Of a DNA stretch of 32,961 bases, positions 8,928 through 17,106 are shown one piece after another. Every line of letters starts with the position of its first letter. Position 1 is the first letter of the stretch. The notes below the pieces were generated by a model, which saw only the letters and a program-made list of their open reading frames with translations, was not told the DNA's origin and searched no databases. The position numbers were made by a program, and so were the translations under genes. The stretch lies in the sequence record SRR31156797_9239; one strand, written 5' to 3'.

Positions 8928-9941
8928 ATGAAAACTGCTATTTTTGGATTTTCCGGCTCAGGCAAAACAGATCTTTTCGCTGCTCTGGCAGGCCCGGACG
9001 CTGCCGCCGCAGGCAACAGGGCCATGATCAAAGTTCCGGACGCCCGCCTTGCCCCGTTGATTCAGCTCTTCAATCCTAAAAAAATCACCTACAGTGAAAT
9101 TGAATACCTCGATATCCCCGGCGGGGGAGGCAAAGGAGCCGGGCTCGGTGACCGCGTGCTTAACGAAGTACGGCCTTACGATTGCCTTATTGGCGTTCTG
9201 GATGCCTTCTCCGGCATGAACGACCCGAAACAACAGTGGCAGGCCATCGAAGCAGATATGATGGTCACCGATATGGCTGTCATCGAAAAAAGACTGGAAA
9301 AGCTTGAAGCCGACAGCAAAAAAAACAAGGCATTGGTTGACCCCAAGGAACAGGAAGCACTTCAACGAGCACTGGCCCTGCTGGAAGAAGAAAAACCACT
9401 CAGAACCGACGAGGAAGTCTCCACCCTGCCAGAACTCAAGGGGTACAAATTCCTGTCTGCCCGCCCAATACTTTATGCGTGGAACTGTCCTGAAGGCGAA
9501 GAAGCTCGTATCGAGTTGCCCGAAGATACCACTGGCATGACCCATATTGCAGTGGCAGCCAAACTCGAACGTGAACTTGCTGAAATCGATGATCCCGAAG
9601 AAAAGGCCATGTTCCTGCAAGACCTCGGCATCTCAGAATCGGCATTGGATAAAGTCATCAGCAAAACATATCAGCTGCTCGGACTCATTTCCTTTCTGAC
9701 TGCTGGCGAAGATGAGTGCCGCGCATGGCCTCTCCGCGTCGGTTCCACTGCACCTCAAGCAGCCGGTGTCATCCATACTGACTTCGAAAAAGGATTCATC
9801 CGTGCCGAAGTTATTGGTTATGATGACTTCCTGGAGTTTGGTGATTTCAAAAAAGTCAAAGATGCAGGCAAAGCTCGGTTGGAAGGTAAAGAATACATCG
9901 TTAAAGATGCAGATATCATTGAGTTTCGATTCAATGTGTAG
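8928..9941 (+). CDS. YchF/OLA1-like P-loop NTPase (DUF933/TGS C-terminus), divergent N-terminus
   Basis: GFSGSGKT P-loop and VPDARL. The C-terminal FLTAGEDECRAW...APQAAGVIHTDFEKGFIRAEV...RLEGKEYIVKDADIIEFRFNV is YchF-typical. GAGAGG SD. Confidence 0.9.
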   Translation: MKTAIFGFSGSGKTDLFAALAGPDAAAAGNRAMIKVPDARLAPLIQLFNPKKITYSEIEYLDIPGGGGKGAGLGDRVLNEVRPYDCLIGVLDAFSGMNDPKQQWQAIEADMMVTDMAVIEKRLEKLEADSKKNKALVDPKEQEALQRALALLEEEKPLRTDEEVSTLPELKGYKFLSARPILYAWNCPEGEEARIELPEDTTGMTHIAVAAKLERELAEIDDPEEKAMFLQDLGISESALDKVISKTYQLLGLISFLTAGEDECRAWPLRVGSTAPQAAGVIHTDFEKGFIRAEVIGYDDFLEFGDFKKVKDAGKARLEGKEYIVKDADIIEFRFNV

Positions 9942-10007
9942 AAGAGGTGTCGTCTTTTGGTAGAATCTTCCGATAAATTCATCCCCAGCGACTCAAAGGG
10001 TATACCT

Positions 10008-10042
10008 TTGAAAATCATTCTGTCGCCTTCAATGATTTTCAA
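10008..10042. repeat. Perfect 12-bp AT-rich inverted repeat, possible operator
   Basis: TTGAAAATCATT-N11-AATGATTTTCAA. Confidence 0.6.
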
Positions 10043-10077
10043 TGAGATAAAAAGACACTGCAATTCAACTTTTTTTG

Positions 10078-10106
10078 TTGCCAAATCAATAAGTAGTAAT
10101 TATTAT
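10078..10106 (+). promoter_or_regulatory. Putative sigma70 promoter of the ferredoxin (leaderless geometry)
   Basis: TTGCCA-N17-TATTAT, then 6 nt to ATG 10113; no SD. Confidence 0.65.
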
Positions 10107-10112
10107 TGATTC

Positions 10113-10331
10113 ATGACAAACGAAAACACTTGCACAAAGCACCGCGAAATTGGAATCGAGTTAGGCGATTGCCGCCTGTGTCAGGGGTGTATCGAAATGA
10201 ACCCGGATGTCTTTGAATGGGACGAGAATCTTGACATGCCGTATGTCTGTCGCTCCAAGGTGACAGAAGAAGAGGTTCGGGACATCATGAATTCATGCCC
10301 TGAAGGCTGTATCGTCTTTGTGGATTGCTAA
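10113..10331 (+). CDS. Small mono-cluster [4Fe-4S]/[3Fe-4S] ferredoxin
   Basis: CRLCQGC...PDVF...CPEGCI pattern; acidic 72 aa. Confidence 0.88.
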   Translation: MTNENTCTKHREIGIELGDCRLCQGCIEMNPDVFEWDENLDMPYVCRSKVTEEEVRDIMNSCPEGCIVFVDC

Positions 10332-10354
10332 TCAAAAAACATAATTCCTAAAAA

Positions 10355-10384
10355 AGGATAGCCGGGAATTTTCCCGGCTATCCT
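10355..10384. terminator. Terminator hairpin between convergent genes, probably bidirectional
   Basis: AGGATAGCCGGGAA-TT-TTCCCGGCTATCCT perfect inverted repeat, with an A-run on the left. Confidence 0.85.
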
Positions 10385-10423
10385 ACGTTTATAGCAACCA
10401 TCATTTTCATATATTAACGACAA

Positions 10424-10969
10424 CTAACACGACTCGCTGCAACACGTTCCGTAAACAAAACCACAATACGTATGGAACACTCGGGTCTGTTTTTCTCGTT
10501 GCTCATCGGTCAGCGGCTTCATTTCAACTTTGGACACCATCTCCACCAAATCTGTAAAATCAGGAACCGCGTCCATGCTTTGAGCGATTCTCTCACCGCT
10601 TTTCACATCCATTAACGACGCATCCATAGTATCGGTAACCAAAGCATACGGTACAGGGCCGCCGTCGATGAGTCGGGCCGCACACACGGTCTCACGTTCA
10701 AATGTCCCGACATTTCCTGCACAGAAAATGATAATGAAGATAGGCTTGTCTTGCTCGTCATACAGCACATAATCAACAGGCCGCTCAAACTCTTCACCGT
10801 CCACAGTATAAGACAGCAAAACCTTGGCTTTGATTCGTTCCTTGGGATATCCCTTTTCTTCCACCAATAACTTCACAAGCAATTGCCGAAATTCTTCAAA
10901 AGTTGTCTCGTCAATTTCTTCGCCACTCAAATAATCACGGAGCGTTCCGCCCAAACTCGTTTCATGCAT
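10424..10969 (-). CDS. Stand-alone protein resembling the type I restriction enzyme HsdR N-terminal domain, with a Cys-rich tail
   Basis: EEFRQ...LVEEKGYPKERI...RPVDYVLY...PYALVTD resembles HSDR_N_2-type proteins. Ends YCGFVYGTCCSESC. AAGGA SD. Confidence 0.7.
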   Translation of the reverse strand: MHETSLGGTLRDYLSGEEIDETTFEEFRQLLVKLLVEEKGYPKERIKAKVLLSYTVDGEEFERPVDYVLYDEQDKPIFIIIFCAGNVGTFERETVCAARLIDGGPVPYALVTDTMDASLMDVKSGERIAQSMDAVPDFTDLVEMVSKVEMKPLTDEQREKQTRVFHTYCGFVYGTCCSESC

Positions 10970-11105
10970 AGAATCACATCCTTATACTCAATAAATAACT
11001 CTCCCCCAGGCCAGAAGCAAGAGGGAGAGGATCATTTCCGTAAAGGCTACAAACAATAATCGAAAAGAATTAAAGAAATTGAAAAGACAAAGACAGCCCG
11101 GTTAC

Positions 11106-11264
11106 TCAAAGTTTATACTTCGGCGGTGGAATCTCTGCGTCACAATTACAGCACCGTACAGTTTTCCCCTTACAGCAAAGCTTCACTTTTTGAACCTTGC
11201 CGCAGGCTGGGCATTTACGCCACAAATCCAGAGCTGCCTGAAAAGCAGAATAAAATGCCCACAT
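11106..11264 (-). CDS. Small (52 aa) Cys-rich zinc-ribbon-like protein
   Basis: GAGAGGTG SD before ATG 11264. Sequence MWAFYSAFQAALDLWRKCPACGKVQKVKLCCKGKTVRCCNCDAEIPPPKYKL contains two CxxC knuckles. Confidence 0.65.
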   Translation of the reverse strand: MWAFYSAFQAALDLWRKCPACGKVQKVKLCCKGKTVRCCNCDAEIPPPKYKL

Positions 11265-11336
11265 TGTGTCACCTCTCTGGTATCGTCTGTTTGCCAAAAA
11301 GCTTATACAGCTCGCCTCTCACCAACAGACTCACCG

Positions 11337-11732
11337 TTACACTACGTTACTGTCAAGAATTAGTGATGAAAGCGTTACCATTCCAACAATCTCGCCCATG
11401 TGTTCTACCGGCGCACGGTGCACTCCCGTGCGATAAATCAACCGAATAGCATACCGAATATCCATAGTCGCTGGGACAGTAATCACAGGCTTTGTCATCA
11501 CTTCATATACACTGACATCCTCGCCTTCACGGCCAGGTACAATAACATCTTTAACCAGATCCATTATTGTGACGATAGCCCACGCGTCGTCTTCATTACG
11601 TTTATTCACAAGCAGTTCAGAAGTCTTGTACTTACGCATCATAGCTGCAGCGTCTTTCACAGAGGCCATGCCATCAATACTCAAAATTTCAGGGTGCATG
11701 ACATCTCGAACTCGCACTATTGATAGTGACAT
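11337..11732 (-). CDS. Stand-alone tandem CBS-domain protein
   Basis: VRDVMHP..., VYEVMTKPVITV and IVGMVTLS form a CBS pair. GGAGG SD. Confidence 0.92.
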   Translation of the reverse strand: MSLSIVRVRDVMHPEILSIDGMASVKDAAAMMRKYKTSELLVNKRNEDDAWAIVTIMDLVKDVIVPGREGEDVSVYEVMTKPVITVPATMDIRYAIRLIYRTGVHRAPVEHMGEIVGMVTLSSLILDSNVV

Positions 11733-11771
11733 TCATCCTCCTTATTCTTTCCCGTAAGTATTTATTTCATA

Positions 11772-12119
11772 TTAAAAGTATGAGTCACGAACCTTTTCCT
11801 TGAACCGCTCAATCTGACTTTCCATGCCGATGACATCTTCAACAGGCAAAACAAACGCTATACCTGTCCCCGGCTCATGAAACTGTCCCGTAGTTTCAAT
11901 GGCTTTCAGCACAGGTTTAACCGTGTGCTCCTCCAACAGAAATAGAACGATGTCAGTCTGATCCTCAAGCGTTAGGCCAAAAAAGGTGTGCGCTTCTCGC
12001 ATACCTGTACCGCGAGCGGTGATAATGGTCGCACCAGTGGCTCCAACTTCCTTTGCCGCATCAACAATGGAATCCGTTATATGCGTCTTGACCGATGCGA
12101 GGATGAGTTTGAATCTCAT
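11772..12119 (-). CDS. PII-like signal transduction protein (non-GlnB/GlnK)
   Basis: GATGATIITARGTG and EPGTGIAFVLPVE loop motifs; 115 aa. Overlaps the upstream stop codon (ATGA). Confidence 0.9.
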   Translation of the reverse strand: MRFKLILASVKTHITDSIVDAAKEVGATGATIITARGTGMREAHTFFGLTLEDQTDIVLFLLEEHTVKPVLKAIETTGQFHEPGTGIAFVLPVEDVIGMESQIERFKEKVRDSYF

Positions 12120-12904
12120 AGGTTTCTCCTATCTTTCTTCGACTTTCGACGAGCCGCCCAATCAGTGTACTGGGCATACCCCATGACGGTTATTATCGGG
12201 AACAGACTGGCAAACGCAATAAGACCGAATCCATCCAAAGCCGGATTTCTCCCAGGAACAGACTCCGCCAAACCAAGTCCCAAAGCAGCAACTAACGGTA
12301 CTGTGACAGTAGAAGTTGTTACCCCGCCAGAGTCGTACGCCAAGGCTATCATCTTTTTCGGCGTCACAAATGTTTGCAAAATCACTATGACATACCCTGC
12401 TAAAATATACACATATAGAGGCGTGCCGGTCACTATACGAAAGGTCCCCAAAGCTATTCCTACCGCAACCCCTATAGCAACAGTGATACGCAAGCCCCAC
12501 TGGCTTATTACGCCACCCGAAACTTCACTTGCCTTAATGGCTACAGCCAACAAAGAAGGTTCGGCAATAGTGGTTGAAAATCCGATCATTGCTGCAAATA
12601 CATACACCCAACCATATGAAGACCAACAAGTCATGGATGTGATGTCGCCATCAACGGCCGTGAATGAGGGACATGAGAGTTGAAAAGCCATAATCTTTCC
12701 CACAGGGAAAAGAGCCTTATCGAGTCCGATGAGAAACAACGTGAGACCAAGTAAGACATACACTCCTCCGACGACAAGACGACGGAGATGAGGGATGGGT
12801 TGCCGCAAAACAAAAAGCTGAAAGAACACGATCAAAATCACTATCGGAAGAATATCCCGAAAAGTTGCAAGAAAAGTTGCTGAAAATTCGATCAAAATAT
12901 TCAT
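12116..12904 (-). CDS. DUF1538-family membrane protein (second copy)
   Basis: [27 protein letters not shown] and [13 protein letters not shown]; multiple TM helices. Confidence 0.88.
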   Translation of the reverse strand: MNILIEFSATFLATFRDILPIVILIVFFQLFVLRQPIPHLRRLVVGGVYVLLGLTLFLIGLDKALFPVGKIMAFQLSCPSFTAVDGDITSMTCWSSYGWVYVFAAMIGFSTTIAEPSLLAVAIKASEVSGGVISQWGLRITVAIGVAVGIALGTFRIVTGTPLYVYILAGYVIVILQTFVTPKKMIALAYDSGGVTTSTVTVPLVAALGLGLAESVPGRNPALDGFGLIAFASLFPIITVMGYAQYTDWAARRKSKKDRRNL

Positions 12905-12914
12905 GTTTTCTCAC

Positions 12915-13682
12915 TCAGCCAAAAACAAATAAACCGTAACCCATAACAAAAATCATGGGGAGCAATGATGCAAAGGCAATAAGGCCAAAACCATCAAGTA
13001 ACGGGCTACGTCCTTTGATTATCGAGGCAAGCCCAACTCCAAGGGCTGCGACCAATGGAACAGTCACGGTTGAAGTGGTAACACCACCTGCGTCATACGC
13101 GATACCAACTATTTCTTTAGGAGCAACAAGAGTCATTAACATAACAATAACATAGCCCCCAATGATCAAATAATGAACAGGCCAGCCCCGAAGAATGCGT
13201 AACACACCAACAAGAATGGCCACGCCCACGGAAAAAGCGACGGAAAGCCTCAGACCCATGGCGTACCGGTTCATGGACGATTCATTTGCTGCTATGAGAT
13301 CACCCTGCGCCGCAATACTTGCTGCTTCTGCAGAAACCGCTATAAGAGCCGGTTCAGCAACAGTTGTCGAAAACCCAAGAGCAAAAGCAAAAGTCAAAAG
13401 CCAAAACAAACTCCCTTTTCGAGCCAAGGCATGGGCCATGTTTTCACCGACAGGGAACAGCCCCATCTCCAGTCCCTGAATGAAAAGCGTCAAACCAATA
13501 ACGACAAGCAATCCACCGAAAATCACACTCCCTAGATCCGGCAATGACTGCTTAAGAACCACGATTTGGAAAAAAGCGATAACCAAAATGATCGGCAACA
13601 AGTCTTTGAAAGAACTCCATAGCTTTTTCCGCACGCTACGAAAGACAATGCCCAGCCGCGATGACATATGCTGTACTTTCAT
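12915..13682 (-). CDS. DUF1538-family membrane protein (first copy)
   Basis: [27 protein letters not shown] and [13 protein letters not shown]; paralog of the next gene. Alternative start at 13667. Confidence 0.88.
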   Translation of the reverse strand: MKVQHMSSRLGIVFRSVRKKLWSSFKDLLPIILVIAFFQIVVLKQSLPDLGSVIFGGLLVVIGLTLFIQGLEMGLFPVGENMAHALARKGSLFWLLTFAFALGFSTTVAEPALIAVSAEAASIAAQGDLIAANESSMNRYAMGLRLSVAFSVGVAILVGVLRILRGWPVHYLIIGGYVIVMLMTLVAPKEIVGIAYDAGGVTTSTVTVPLVAALGVGLASIIKGRSPLLDGFGLIAFASLLPMIFVMGYGLFVFG

Positions 13683-14027
13683 AATCTGATTTGCTTTCCT
13701 TTTACTGCGGACGAAAACTGTAAATAAAGATTTTTGTCAAAATGTTATTATTACAAAGTCTGTTCCACAATTGCCTTTGCGGACACATCAATTCTTCACG
13801 CTCACAACAAATCACATAACAATCTAAAATCATTGAAAACATAAATAGAAACCCAAAAACTTTTAATCTCGATGTTCTTGTTAAATTAGACGCCTTTCTC
13901 ATTCAGACGGGTCATTATCTCCCGACAAGACACTCTCAATTATCAAATGAAACCATTCTGTCTCTATAAAAAACAACAAAGGGAGATTTTACCCCGGCGG
14001 AACAAAATGTATCAACGAAAAATAAAA

Positions 14028-14064
14028 AACCGCCCGGTTCAGCATAAAGCCAAACCGGGCGGTT
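14028..14064 (-). terminator. Intrinsic terminator of the nuo-like operon
   Basis: 12-bp perfect stem AACCGCCCGGTT/AACCGGGCGGTT, followed on the minus strand by a T-rich tract; about 20 nt after the nuoN stop. Confidence 0.85.
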
Positions 14065-14086
14065 GTTATTCATTTTCTACCAGAGG

Positions 14087-15535
14087 CTAGTGACCGCCAC
14101 CGGAAACAATCCCGTACAAGCTTTCACCTGCAGCGATGGCAAAATTGAACATCGGTGCCGGAATGATACCAATGATCAAAACGGCTGCTGCCAACATGCC
14201 TGCACCAGCTGAAGCAAACCAGCTATTATCTGGTGCCGGGACATCACCGGGCACCGTCTCTTCTGTAAAGGCGTGACGGAACAGACTCAGATAATAGTAG
14301 ATAGCAATGGCTGAATTCAACACCAAAGTGATGACCAACCAGTTATATCCATGATCCCATGCTGAAGTGATAAGGAAGAACTTGCCCATAAAGCCCATGG
14401 TCGGCGGCAAGCCAACAAGAGCAAAAGCGCCGACCGCAAGTGAGAATGCGAGTACCGGTGCTTTCTTATACAGACCGTTCAAATCACTCAACTTCAAATT
14501 ACGTCCATCAACGGCTACACGACTAACGATCCAGAAGACCAACAGGTTCATGACCAGATAGGCCAAGCCATAGAATGCGGCTGCACCAACACCCTCAGGA
14601 GTGCCACTGACCAAACCGACCATTATGTACCCAGCGTGTGCCACAGACGAGAATCCAAGCAAACGCTTGAGGTCTGTCTGAGCCAGTGCGGACAGGTTAC
14701 CCCACGTCATGGATAAAGCACCAAGAATCGCAATAATCGTGGTAATCTCCAGACCGGGCTTGAGCAGCACGGCAAGACGACACAAAACGACAATGGCGCC
14801 CATCTTGGGCATGGTAGCCACAAATGCAGCAGTCTCGTTACTCGCTCCCTGATAAACATCTGGGCACCAGAAGTGGAACGGGAACAAAGCCAATTTAAAG
14901 AACATACCGGTCAGGAACAATGTCAGACCAACAACGGCCATGGGCTGATCGGCAAACGACCAGGATTTGTTCATGAGTTCAGCGATGTACGTAGTATGCT
15001 GAGAAGCCATGATGTAAGACAAGCCATACAGAGCCAATGCCGTGGCTACGGCACCAAACATGATGTACTTGATACCCGCTTCAGCCGCACCCTTTGATTT
15101 GGCGCGTAACGGGATGATTGCATACATGGAATAAGAAGCCAGCTCCAAAGCCAGATAGATGGTAATCAACTCCACGGAGGAAGCGAGCATCATCAGTCCG
15201 AGGGTGGAGAAACCAAGCAACATATAGTAATCAGCCCGTTTCCCTTCAACAAGCGTCGGCTGACGTGATGCGTTAAGTACAGTCACGTAAAAGCCAAACG
15301 CAATAGCGATCTTGAAGAACTGGGACATCAAATCAACTTTGTATACATCCCAGAACATGGTTCCGTGAAGGCCAAAGCCAGTAATGGCTACAAAGAAGGC
15401 AAGTCCCGCACCAAAGGGGATCCATTTTTCAACCGGAGGTTTCCACTCCCTGTTGCCGAGAGACTGGACCAAAAGGACCAGAACAAGACAAAAGAAGAAC
15501 AGTTCCGGGACAAGCGCAGTGAGATGGAAGTTCAC
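14087..15535 (-). CDS. nuoN: Complex I antiporter-like subunit N
   Basis: GTG start with GGGGA SD. LALELAS, EAGIKY, FKLALFPFHFWCPDVYQGA, KRLLGFSSVAHAGY and GLPPTMGFMGK. Confidence 0.93.
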   Translation of the reverse strand: MNFHLTALVPELFFFCLVLVLLVQSLGNREWKPPVEKWIPFGAGLAFFVAITGFGLHGTMFWDVYKVDLMSQFFKIAIAFGFYVTVLNASRQPTLVEGKRADYYMLLGFSTLGLMMLASSVELITIYLALELASYSMYAIIPLRAKSKGAAEAGIKYIMFGAVATALALYGLSYIMASQHTTYIAELMNKSWSFADQPMAVVGLTLFLTGMFFKLALFPFHFWCPDVYQGASNETAAFVATMPKMGAIVVLCRLAVLLKPGLEITTIIAILGALSMTWGNLSALAQTDLKRLLGFSSVAHAGYIMVGLVSGTPEGVGAAAFYGLAYLVMNLLVFWIVSRVAVDGRNLKLSDLNGLYKKAPVLAFSLAVGAFALVGLPPTMGFMGKFFLITSAWDHGYNWLVITLVLNSAIAIYYYLSLFRHAFTEETVPGDVPAPDNSWFASAGAGMLAAAVLIIGIIPAPMFNFAIAAGESLYGIVSGGGH

Positions 15536-15547
15536 GTCTCAATCCCC

Positions 15548-17080
15548 CTATTTCTTGCCCGCAAGGACGTTCAAAACGTCAGCGGCAGCAGTTTGCAACG
15601 GTTGTTCAGTTTCGATGGAAGCGACCTTTCGCTTATCGAAATCACCCAACAACTTATCAATTGAAGGATTGATAATCTTGTAAAACGGAGCAGGAGCCAA
15701 GCCGATCCAGAGTACGAATACGGCAGGAATGGTCAACATGATCCATTCGCGAGCATTAAGATCACGCCATGTTTTGGCGGAACTAGGTCTGCCCCAAGCC
15801 ATCTTCAAACTCACACGGAACATGTAAGCTGCGGCCAATAATGCACCAGGAATACACAAGAAACCGATTATTACGGACGACTTGAATGCGCCAGTCAACA
15901 CCAACATTTCACCGACAAACCCGTTGGTTCCCGGGAAGCCGAATGATGCCAGAGCCATAAAGCCCCAGAAGAACATGAAGGCTGGCAAATATTTGCCAAG
16001 GCCCAAGTTGTCCTTGATGTCACGACTATGACTGCGTTCATAAACGGTACCAATCAACATAAAGAGTGCGCCTGTAACGATACCATGGTTCAGCATCTGG
16101 AAGAGCGCACCTTGGACACCCTGTTGATTAAACAGGAATATGCCCAAAGTAACAAAGCCCATATGGCCTACCGAAGAGTAGGCAACAAGCTTTTTAATGT
16201 CAGTTTGTCCCAGCGCGATAGCCCCGCCATACAAAATGGACACGATGGAAATCGCGATCATCATGGGAGCGAAGTACTCACTGGCGGCTGGAGTCAGCGG
16301 CAGGCAGAAACGCAGGAAACCATAAGTTCCCATCTTCAGCAGGACAGCCGCCAGTATGACGGAACCAGCAGAAGGCGCCTGAACATGCGCTGCGGGCAGC
16401 CATGTATGGAACGGGAACATGGGGACCTTGATGGCGAAGGCCAAAGCCATTGCCAAGAAAGCCCAGAACTGAAAGCGGAAGCTAAAGTTCATATTCATGA
16501 GTTCCGGGATAGAAAAGGTACCACCCGTAATCCTGAATGCAACGATAGCTGCCAGGAGCAAAGTGGAACCTGCCAACGTATACAGGAAGAACTTGAGCGA
16601 TGCATATTTGCGATCATCGCCACCCCAAACTGCAATAAGCAGATACATGGGGATAAGCATGGCTTCCCAGAACACGTAGAAGAGGACCAGATCCAGGGCG
16701 CAGAAAACGCCGAGGACCGCAGAGGTCATGAACAGCAAACAGAAGTGGAATTCCTTCTCCCGTTTGCCGATGTAGGTCCAAGAACACATGACACATAGCG
16801 GCAAGACCGCGATAGTCAACAGGACCATGAGTATGCTGATTCCATCTATGCCGAGGTAGTACTGAAGTCCCCATTTGTGGACCCAGTCGATTTTCTCGAC
16901 GAACTGGAATTCAGCGTTCATTGTAAAGCCGGTCAAAGGTATGGCCAGCAGACACTCTATAATGGACGCTACCATAGTATAGTAGCGTACCACCTGCGGC
17001 GACCGCAGGAAGAAGAGTCCGCACGCCGCGACCAGCGGGAATGCTATCAGTATCGTAAGAACCGGATATCCGAAGTCCAA
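15548..17080 (-). CDS. nuoM: Complex I antiporter-like subunit M
   Basis: GIDGIS, FYVFWEAMLIPMY, KFFLYT, KVPMFPFHTWLP, LLKMGTYG and FPGTNGFVGE. TTG start with GGAG SD. Confidence 0.95.
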   Translation of the reverse strand: MDFGYPVLTILIAFPLVAACGLFFLRSPQVVRYYTMVASIIECLLAIPLTGFTMNAEFQFVEKIDWVHKWGLQYYLGIDGISILMVLLTIAVLPLCVMCSWTYIGKREKEFHFCLLFMTSAVLGVFCALDLVLFYVFWEAMLIPMYLLIAVWGGDDRKYASLKFFLYTLAGSTLLLAAIVAFRITGGTFSIPELMNMNFSFRFQFWAFLAMALAFAIKVPMFPFHTWLPAAHVQAPSAGSVILAAVLLKMGTYGFLRFCLPLTPAASEYFAPMMIAISIVSILYGGAIALGQTDIKKLVAYSSVGHMGFVTLGIFLFNQQGVQGALFQMLNHGIVTGALFMLIGTVYERSHSRDIKDNLGLGKYLPAFMFFWGFMALASFGFPGTNGFVGEMLVLTGAFKSSVIIGFLCIPGALLAAAYMFRVSLKMAWGRPSSAKTWRDLNAREWIMLTIPAVFVLWIGLAPAPFYKIINPSIDKLLGDFDKRKVASIETEQPLQTAAADVLNVLAGKK

Positions 17081-17106
17081 AACTAGCTCTCCTTAGATTG
17101 TCCGGC

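Noticed and set aside
10380-10426. TAG read-through (pyrrolysine) or selenocysteine recoding after the Cys-rich tail
   Set aside because: The stop is TAG, the downstream frame runs into a terminator hairpin with no protein-like signal, and there are no pyl genes in the window.
10424-10969. Type I restriction-modification defence system
   Set aside because: Only a short N-terminal-like domain; no methyltransferase, specificity subunit or helicase in the window.
12116-13682. Repeated sequence in the two DUF1538 genes as a mobile element or recent duplication
   Set aside because: Similarity is at protein-motif level with many synonymous differences, consistent with old paralogs.
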